DNA of 64,000 nt from Clostridia bacterium. Lineage in GTDB: Bacteria > Bacillota > Clostridia > Oscillospirales > SIG627. Each line of letters opens with the position of its first letter. Positions within the stretch are counted from its first letter, which is position 1. Positions 57,770 to 64,000 of this stretch are shown in pieces. The position numbers were made by a program, and so were the translations under genes. The notes beneath the pieces were generated by a model. It saw only the letters and a program-made list of their open reading frames with translations, searched no databases and was not told where the DNA came from. The DNA lies in the NCBI GenBank assembly GCA_017507325.1, contig JAFWBD010000042.1, forward strand, positions 1,979-65,978, read 5' to 3'.

Positions 57770-59185
57770 ATGCAGTACCGAAACGGAAAAGCGGAAGAGA
57801 TCAAAATCGCCTACGTCGGAGGAGGCTCCCGAGGATGGGCGTGGAAATTGATGAGCGAATTGGCCCGCGCGGAGGACATCGGCGGTGAGGTTCGGCTGTA
57901 TGATATCGATTTCGGAGCGGCCGAGGCCAATGCGGTCATCGGCGGCCTTTACAGCAAGGCGGGGGAGGCAAAGTCCTGCTTTCGGTACCGCGCCTGCCGC
58001 AGTGCCGCCGAGGCGATGACGGGGGCGGATTTTGTGATCGTTTCCATTCTCCCCGGAAGCTTTGAGGAAATGGAGAGCGACGTTCACACCCCCGAGGCCT
58101 ACGGGATCTATCAATCCGTAGGGGATACCACGGGTCCCGGCGGCATTGTACGGGCGATGCGCACCGTTCCCATGATGCAGGAAATTGCCGAGGCGGTGAA
58201 AAGCTTTTGCCCAAAGGCCTGGGTCATCAATTATACCAATCCCATGAGCCTTTGCGTTCGCACGCTCTATGAGACCTTTCCCGAGATCCGTGCCTTCGGC
58301 TGCTGTCATGAGGTGTTCGGCACGCAAAAGCTTTTGGCTTCTGCCGTGGAGGAGCTTTGCGGCATCGAGGGCATTACAAGGCAGGAAATCAAGGTGGAGG
58401 TGACGGGGGTCAATCACTTTACCTTTCTGATTCGCGGGCAGTATCGGGATCTGGATCTGTTTCCTCTGTACCGTCGCTTTGCCGAGCGCTATGCCGAAAG
58501 CGGCTTTACCAAAAAATTGGATCCCGATTGGAGGAGCAATCCCTTCCGCTGTAATCATCGGGTGAAAATGGATTTGTTTTTGCGCTTCGGAGCCATTGCT
58601 GCGGCGGACGACCGCCATCTGGCGGAGTTTTGTCCGGGAGATTGGTATCTGGCATCCCCCGAAAGGGCCGCACAGTGGGGCTTTTCTCTGACACCCGTTT
58701 CCTGGCGAAAGCAGGATTTGCAGAATAGACTTGCCAAGAGTCGCCGTCTTTTGTCGGGAGAGGAAAAGCCCGAGATCAAGTCTACGGGAGAGGAGGGGGT
58801 CCGCCAGATCCGCGCTCTTCTGGGGCTGGGAGATTTTGTGACCAACGTGAACCTGCCCAACCGAGGACAGGTGCCCGATCTGCCCCTCGGGGCGGTGGTG
58901 GAGACCAACGCCTCCTTTCGGGATAACAGCGTGACCCCCGTTTTGGCGGGCGCTATGCCCGAGGGGGTCCGCGCCTTGGTGGAGAGGATCGTATCCGTCC
59001 AGGAGGATACGGTAAAGGGTGCCATCCTGCGGGATCCGAATCGGGTGCTCCGCGGATTTTTACACGATCCCTTGGTGGAGGGGCGCACCGATCGCGGAGA
59101 GGAGCTATTCGAAAAAATGGTGGAAAATACCAAGGGGTATTTGGGTGATTATTCGTGCCTTTCCTTGAGGGGAGAGCGGGTATGA
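57770..59185 (+). CDS. Glycoside hydrolase family 4 enzyme (alpha-galacturonidase/alpha-glucosidase type)
   Basis: N-terminal NAD motif IAYVGGGSRGW and …NYTNPM…CHE…. Start at ATG 57770; the track start at 57611 is rejected. Confidence 0.8.
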   Translation: MQYRNGKAEEIKIAYVGGGSRGWAWKLMSELARAEDIGGEVRLYDIDFGAAEANAVIGGLYSKAGEAKSCFRYRACRSAAEAMTGADFVIVSILPGSFEEMESDVHTPEAYGIYQSVGDTTGPGGIVRAMRTVPMMQEIAEAVKSFCPKAWVINYTNPMSLCVRTLYETFPEIRAFGCCHEVFGTQKLLASAVEELCGIEGITRQEIKVEVTGVNHFTFLIRGQYRDLDLFPLYRRFAERYAESGFTKKLDPDWRSNPFRCNHRVKMDLFLRFGAIAAADDRHLAEFCPGDWYLASPERAAQWGFSLTPVSWRKQDLQNRLAKSRRLLSGEEKPEIKSTGEEGVRQIRALLGLGDFVTNVNLPNRGQVPDLPLGAVVETNASFRDNSVTPVLAGAMPEGVRALVERIVSVQEDTVKGAILRDPNRVLRGFLHDPLVEGRTDRGEELFEKMVENTKGYLGDYSCLSLRGERV

Positions 59186-60489
59186 TTCGGATTGAAGAAA
59201 AATTTTGTCCCGTATCCCGTCCCGAGCGGGTGATTCAATTCGGAACGGGGGCCTTTTTGAGGGGCTTTGTGGATTGGATGCTGCAAAAAATGAACGATCA
59301 AGGCCTCTTTTGCGGAAATGCAGTAGTGGTTCAATCCACACCGCGGGGGATCGCGCCTCAGCTTGCGGCACAAAAGGGACTTTATACCCAGGTGCTTCGC
59401 GGTGCGGAAGGGGAAGAGGCTCGGGTGATTGACGTTCTTTCCCGCTGCATTGATCTGAATTCGGATTCCGATGCGTATTTTGCCTTGGCACAGCAAAAGG
59501 AACTGCGCTTTATTGTTTCCAATACCACCGAGGCGGGGATCGAATTTTGTCCCGAGGATCGACTGGAAGGCTTTCCGAATATCACCTTTCCCGCCAAGCT
59601 GACCGCCCTGCTCTACCGTCGCTTTCAGGCGGGCTTGGAGGGCTTTTGGATTCTTCCCTGCGAATTGATCGATCGGAACGGAGAAAAATTGAAGGAGGCG
59701 GTGCTTTCTTATGCCGCGCTCTGGGAACTGGAAGAGGATTTTTCCCGCTGGGTCTGCGAGAAAAACCGTTTCTGCTGTACGCTGGTGGATCGCATCGTGA
59801 CGGGCTTTCCCCGTGAGGATCCCCCGCGCTTGGAATGGCAGGACGATATTTTGAACGTATCGGAATTCTATCATCTTTGGGTCATAGAGGCATCAGGGGA
59901 TCTGGAGCGGGAATTTCCCTTGATTCGTTCGGGACTCAACGTGATTCTAACCGAGAATTCGGAGCCCTACCGAACCAGAAAGGTGCGCATTCTCAACGGT
60001 GCACACACCGTTATGACATCCTATGGGCTGCTTTGGGGCTTTGATACGGTGAAGGAATGTATGGATCATGAAAAAATGAGGGATTTTGTCAGAGGTGCCT
60101 TGACGGAAGAGATCCTTCCAACCCTCAGCCTTCCGCGGGAGGAATTGCTTTCGTATACCGAAAGCATCCTTTGCCGTTTTTCCAATCCTTATCTGAAGCA
60201 CCGTCTGTCCTCCATCTCGCTGAATTCCGTCAGCAAATTTAAGGTGCGGGTGTTGCCCTCCATTCTGGGGTATTATGAAAAAACGGGGTGCTTGCCCAAA
60301 AATTTGATTTGTGCCTTCGGCTTTTTGATCCGTCTTTATCGGGAAAGAACGATGCCCGACGATGAGAGGATCTGCCGTATGATGCGGGAGGGCACGGTAA
60401 AGGACGTTTTGGCCAACAAAGCGCTTTGGGGCAGGGACTGCTCCTTTATGACGGAGGAGGTTTTGCCTTATGTCGAAGTTTCCCGATGA
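59182..60489 (+). CDS. uxaB: Tagaturonate reductase (altronate oxidoreductase)
   Basis: …VIQFGTGAFLRGFVDWM… mannitol-dehydrogenase-family N-terminus, with uxaA context. ATGA overlap with the GH4 stop. Confidence 0.8.
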   Translation: MIRIEEKFCPVSRPERVIQFGTGAFLRGFVDWMLQKMNDQGLFCGNAVVVQSTPRGIAPQLAAQKGLYTQVLRGAEGEEARVIDVLSRCIDLNSDSDAYFALAQQKELRFIVSNTTEAGIEFCPEDRLEGFPNITFPAKLTALLYRRFQAGLEGFWILPCELIDRNGEKLKEAVLSYAALWELEEDFSRWVCEKNRFCCTLVDRIVTGFPREDPPRLEWQDDILNVSEFYHLWVIEASGDLEREFPLIRSGLNVILTENSEPYRTRKVRILNGAHTVMTSYGLLWGFDTVKECMDHEKMRDFVRGALTEEILPTLSLPREELLSYTESILCRFSNPYLKHRLSSISLNSVSKFKVRVLPSILGYYEKTGCLPKNLICAFGFLIRLYRERTMPDDERICRMMREGTVKDVLANKALWGRDCSFMTEEVLPYVEVSR

Positions 60490-61885
60490 AAATGCTGCGT
60501 TTTTTCGCATTCATCCTGCGGACAACGTGGAGGTTTCGGTAGAAAGCGGACACAAAAGAGCCACTTGCTTGATTGCAGAAGGGGAGAGGGTCATCAAATA
60601 CGGCTCGCCCATCGGCATTGCCACAAGAGACATTGCCGCGGGAGAGTGGGTACACAGCCATAACCTTGCCTCCGCCCTTCGGGGCTTGGGAGAATATGGC
60701 TACGAGCCCGTTTCGGCACCGCTTCCGGGAGAGGGCGGCGAGCGCTCCTTTCTCGGTTATGAAAGAGAGGACGGATCTGCCGGAATCCGCAACGAGGTGT
60801 GGATCATCAATACCGTGGGCTGTGTGAACAAAACCGCTCAGCGACTGGCCGATAAAACCGGGGCCTTTGCCTTTCCCCATCCCTTCGGCTGCTCTCAACT
60901 GGGGGACGATCTGGAATACACCCAAAGGATATTGAAGGGCTTGGTGTGCCACCCCAATGCCGCAGGGGTCTTGGTTTTGGGGCTGGGGTGCGAGAACAAC
61001 AATTTGGAGAGGTTCTGCCGTTTTTTGGGAGAGGACATCTCTCCCGATCGGATTCGATTTCTGAATGCTCAGGATGCGGAGGATGAAATGGCCGAGGGAG
61101 AAACTCTGATCGGGGAGCTTTTTTCCTACGCCGCGGGCTTTCACCGCACAAAACAGCCTCTGAAAAAATTAAAAGTCGGCTTAAAATGCGGCGGAAGCGA
61201 CGGTTTCAGCGGCATTACCGCCAATCCCTTGGTCGGGCGCTTCTCCGACCTTCTGATCCGCGAGGGTGGGAGCACGGTGCTCACCGAGGTGCCCGAAATG
61301 TTCGGAGCAGAGCATCTTTTCATGGAAAGATGCCGAAGCCGAGAGATCTTTGATAAAACGGTGGCCTTGATCCGCTCCTTTCGGGAATATTATCTGCGCC
61401 ACGGACAAAGGATCGATGAAAATCCCTCACCGGGAAACCGCGAGGGCGGTATTACCACCTTGGAGGAGAAATCCTTGGGCTGCATTCAAAAGGGAGGGCT
61501 CTCCGCCGTAATGGACGTTTTGGAGCCGGGAGAGAAGATTCGAGGGAGCGGTCTGCATCTGCTCTCGGGTCCCGGAAACGACGGAGTGGCGGTGACCAAC
61601 CTTGCGGCCTCGGGAGCGCAAATGATCCTGTTTACCACAGGTCATGGTACGCCATTGGGCGCTCCGGTTCCCACGGTGAAAATTTCCACCAATACGGCCT
61701 TGGCGCAAAAAAAGCCCCATTGGATTGATTTTGATGGGGGAGAGCTTCTCTCGGAAGGCAATATGGAAGAGATGAGCGAGCGATTGATGAATCTCGTTCT
61801 GGAGATCGCCGAGGGAAAGGAAGCCCTGAATGAAAAAAACGGCTATCGGGAGATCGCCATCTTTAAAAACGGCGTTACGCTGTAA
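60470..61885 (+). CDS. uxaA: Altronate dehydratase
   Basis: SAF-domain N-terminus (…IHPADNV…I..GE.VIKYG.PIG.A.RDI..GEWVHSHN) and a GD_AH_C-type C-terminus. Confidence 0.9.
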   Translation: MSKFPDENAAFFRIHPADNVEVSVESGHKRATCLIAEGERVIKYGSPIGIATRDIAAGEWVHSHNLASALRGLGEYGYEPVSAPLPGEGGERSFLGYEREDGSAGIRNEVWIINTVGCVNKTAQRLADKTGAFAFPHPFGCSQLGDDLEYTQRILKGLVCHPNAAGVLVLGLGCENNNLERFCRFLGEDISPDRIRFLNAQDAEDEMAEGETLIGELFSYAAGFHRTKQPLKKLKVGLKCGGSDGFSGITANPLVGRFSDLLIREGGSTVLTEVPEMFGAEHLFMERCRSREIFDKTVALIRSFREYYLRHGQRIDENPSPGNREGGITTLEEKSLGCIQKGGLSAVMDVLEPGEKIRGSGLHLLSGPGNDGVAVTNLAASGAQMILFTTGHGTPLGAPVPTVKISTNTALAQKKPHWIDFDGGELLSEGNMEEMSERLMNLVLEIAEGKEALNEKNGYREIAIFKNGVTL

Positions 61886-61906
61886 GCACATCCGAAGCCA
61901 TTGAAA

Positions 61907-61944
61907 AATCCCGCAAAAGCACGGCTTTTGCGGGATTGCTTTTT
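61907..61944. terminator. Rho-independent terminator between convergent genes
   Basis: 14-bp stem aatcccgcaaaagc/gcttttgcgggatt with loop acg, followed by gcttttt. Confidence 0.8.
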
Positions 61945-61947
61945 GCA

Positions 61948-63219
61948 TTATTCTTCTGGCTCGGAAAGGGCGCGGATCAATTCTATGGGGTGATTGGTCA
62001 TAAAAATGCCAACGCCCCTTCGCCTGCTTTCCTGCCAAAGACCCTTGTAATCGAATTCCCTCAAGAACCAAGCCCCAAAGCGGATCCGTTCACGGTATTC
62101 GGCCACCAGGGCCCAATCCTCTTCCAGCCATTTCACCACGTCTCCGCGGGGGATGACTGCAGGGGTCAGATCGGGATGAGCCAGCAGAAATTCGCAGGCC
62201 TCGCGGGATGCCTCCGTTTCCTTGGCGCGGAGCATATTGTCCAGGCGAATCCCTCTTTCGGCATAGGAGCGGGAGAAGAAGAGGATTTCCTCTGCCTTGA
62301 TGTGATTGATCAGATAGATCGATTCGGAGGAGCCCGTCTTTTCCGTTAAGGGAAGAAGATCCTCGGAATAGGAAAAGCGCTTGTCGGTGTGCACGAAAAT
62401 GCGTCCGCGGCAGGCACGGAGGATCTCCTCAAAGGTAGGGATCGGAAAAGGGGTCAAATCGCCCAGCCGATCCCGCAGTCGAAGGGTACGAAGCTGCTCT
62501 AAGGTCCAATCCGACAGTTGGGTGGAATGGGGGTAGCCCTCCTTCTTGATTTTTCCCGCGGCATCGGTAACGCGGGTCAGATCTGCATCGTGCATGCAGA
62601 CCCATACCCCGTCGGCACTTCTTTGAATGTCCACCTCCACGGCATCAGCTCCGCAGCGCCAAGCGCTCAGAGCTCCCTCCAGAGAGTTTTCGGGATAAAG
62701 GCTGTGCTCGCCCCGATGGGCGATGACAAAGGGGCGCTCCTTGGGACAGCGGAGAACCCTGCGCTTTTCTTCAAGACCCGAGGGAAAAGAGGCGGCGGGA
62801 AGGTGGCGAAGGTGTGCGGGGAAAAAGGCCTCGGGATCCGAGCCGTATTCCGAGCGCTCCTGCAGGGTCAGGTTCTGTGAAAGCTCCTCGGGGGAAAAGG
62901 AACCGTCCGCCCCCACGCGGGAGACCAAATAGGAGACCCCTTGGGTCAGCGCGAACAGATCGCTTCCCTCCACCTTGACCGAGCGCTCCTTTCCCAAAAC
63001 GCGGCAGCTGCCGTAGGGAAGGGGGGAAAAAATTTCGGCGGAATCGGGGCCGATGATAAAAACCCGATCTTCCTTTTTGAATTCTTCCTCTCCTGCAAGC
63101 GGAAGGAGAAGATCGCATTTTTCCTGCAGGGCACGGCGAAGAAAAAGCGCCGCCTCGGTGCTGAAGGAGAAGGCGGGGTCAAAGGCGATTCGATAATCGG
63201 AAAGATGTGCTTTGGTCAT
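61948..63219 (-). CDS. Glycerophosphodiester phosphodiesterase-family protein with an unknown ~190-aa N-terminal domain
   Basis: GDPD core …FVIAHRGEHSLYPENSLEG…GADAVEVDIQRSADGVWVCMHD…. Start at ATG 63219 with a GAGG RBS. Confidence 0.75.
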   Translation of the reverse strand: MTKAHLSDYRIAFDPAFSFSTEAALFLRRALQEKCDLLLPLAGEEEFKKEDRVFIIGPDSAEIFSPLPYGSCRVLGKERSVKVEGSDLFALTQGVSYLVSRVGADGSFSPEELSQNLTLQERSEYGSDPEAFFPAHLRHLPAASFPSGLEEKRRVLRCPKERPFVIAHRGEHSLYPENSLEGALSAWRCGADAVEVDIQRSADGVWVCMHDADLTRVTDAAGKIKKEGYPHSTQLSDWTLEQLRTLRLRDRLGDLTPFPIPTFEEILRACRGRIFVHTDKRFSYSEDLLPLTEKTGSSESIYLINHIKAEEILFFSRSYAERGIRLDNMLRAKETEASREACEFLLAHPDLTPAVIPRGDVVKWLEEDWALVAEYRERIRFGAWFLREFDYKGLWQESRRRGVGIFMTNHPIELIRALSEPEE

Positions 63220-63336
63220 AAACGTACCTCGATCACTTTGTTTTTTTATCATACCACGAAAAGGGCGCGTTGTAAAGAAGAGAAAGAAAAACAAAAAAGA
63301 AGCCCTCGTGGGAAGGCTTCCCTTTTGCGAACTCAA

Positions 63337-63615
63337 TCAGTTGTTCTCTTTCATTGCTGCAAAGCAATCGCTGCAGTAAACGGGGCGATCGCTGGTGGGC
63401 TGGAAGGGAACCTTTGCTTCCTTACCGCAGTTTGCACAAGTGGTAGTGAAGTATTCTCTTGCCTGTCTGGTAGCGTTCTTCTTTGCATCTCTGCAGGGCT
63501 TGCATCTCTGGGGCTCGTTCTGGAAACCTTTCTCAGCGTAGAATTCCTGTTCACCGGCGGTGAAAACGAATTCATTGCCACAGTCTTTGCATACCAGTGT
63601 CTTGTCTTCGTACAT
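63337..63615 (-). CDS. Small double zinc-ribbon protein
   Basis: 92 aa with four CxxC pairs (CKDCG…CKPC…CANCG…CSDC). Confidence 0.7.
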   Translation of the reverse strand: MYEDKTLVCKDCGNEFVFTAGEQEFYAEKGFQNEPQRCKPCRDAKKNATRQAREYFTTTCANCGKEAKVPFQPTSDRPVYCSDCFAAMKENN

Positions 63616-63724
63616 TTGCCATACCTCTTACATATTTTCAATAAAATTGCCCAGAACGGACTTGCACCGTCACCCTTTTAGATCGTTGCCGATCAAAACG
63701 CTCTCTTTAAGCTACACGGGCATA

Positions 63725-64000
63725 TTAACGATTGGAAAAAAGAGAAGAAAGCTTTCTTCTCACGCGATAGAGAGAATTCTCCACGCTTTTTTTGTTTCTC
63801 CCAAGCAGAGCGGCAATGCCGACGGCATCGGTTCCCTGCAAATGGAGACCGAGAATACGGCGCTCCAAGGGAGAAAGGACGGAATCGATCTTTCGCATAC
63901 ATTCGGCAAAGCCTTCCTTTCCCAGCAACACCTGCTCCGGTGCCTCTGCCTCGGCGGAAAGAAGCTCCTCCCCGAGGGGGAAGGATTGCACCTCTTTTTG
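63725..64000 (-). CDS. Sigma-70-family sigma factor, C-terminal part only (gene continues beyond the window)
   Basis: Region-4 HTH …LSPLERRILGLHLQGTDAVGIAALLGRNKKSVENSLYRVRRKL…. The frame remains open to nt 64000. Confidence 0.6.
   Translation of the reverse strand, partial: QKEVQSFPLGEELLSAEAEAPEQVLLGKEGFAECMRKIDSVLSPLERRILGLHLQGTDAVGIAALLGRNKKSVENSLYRVRRKLSSLFSNR

Overview
This is a 64-kb chromosomal window from a moderately GC-rich, Gram-positive, endospore-forming Clostridia-type bacterium. That placement is inferred from hrcA-grpE-dnaK-dnaJ with a perfect CIRCE operator, dpaA/dpaB, lgt plus lipobox lipoproteins, AGGAGG-type RBSs and TTGACA/TATAAT promoters. All protein calls rest on motifs and architectures I recognise by eye; no database search was run. 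I support about 58 protein-coding genes, one TPP riboswitch, one CIRCE operator, about a dozen intrinsic terminators and several sigma-A-type promoters. I saw no rRNA, tRNA, CRISPR array, transposase or integrase. Gene content runs as follows: an ABC exporter pair with a frameshifted ATPase; an AraC/BNR/2x Gfo-Idh-MocA sugar cassette; GTP-PEPCK; an M16 peptidase pair-lgt-folD-two trigger-factor-like lipoproteins; the heat-shock operon; dipicolinate synthase; thiamine salvage; an SPFH protein; an NCS2 permease; a triplicated-repeat lipoprotein; a LysR/tartrate-dehydrogenase-like pair; ribokinase/esterase; PPi-PFK; a lipid operon (pgsA, dagK-like); a two-component system; and a galacturonate cluster (GH4, uxaB, uxaA). 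The stand-out observation is a full podovirus-style (P22 gene order) capsid and DNA-packaging gene set: portal, scaffold, coat, three neck/plug-position ORFs, terS and terL. It has no integrase, replication, lysis, ejection or tailspike genes. It is split into three same-strand islands (17.0-22.9 kb, 34.8-35.2 kb, 36.7-38.0 kb), separated by bona fide housekeeping operons including dnaK and a riboswitch-controlled thiamine operon. I read this as a candidate domesticated, GTA-like capsid system. Secondary points are an orphan RnfC/RnfD-like pair with a degenerate nucleotide-binding loop, exported trigger-factor homologues, two single-base frameshifts, and a long structured leader upstream of the repeat lipoprotein. 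Many very long ORFs in the track are antisense shadows of real genes and were rejected.
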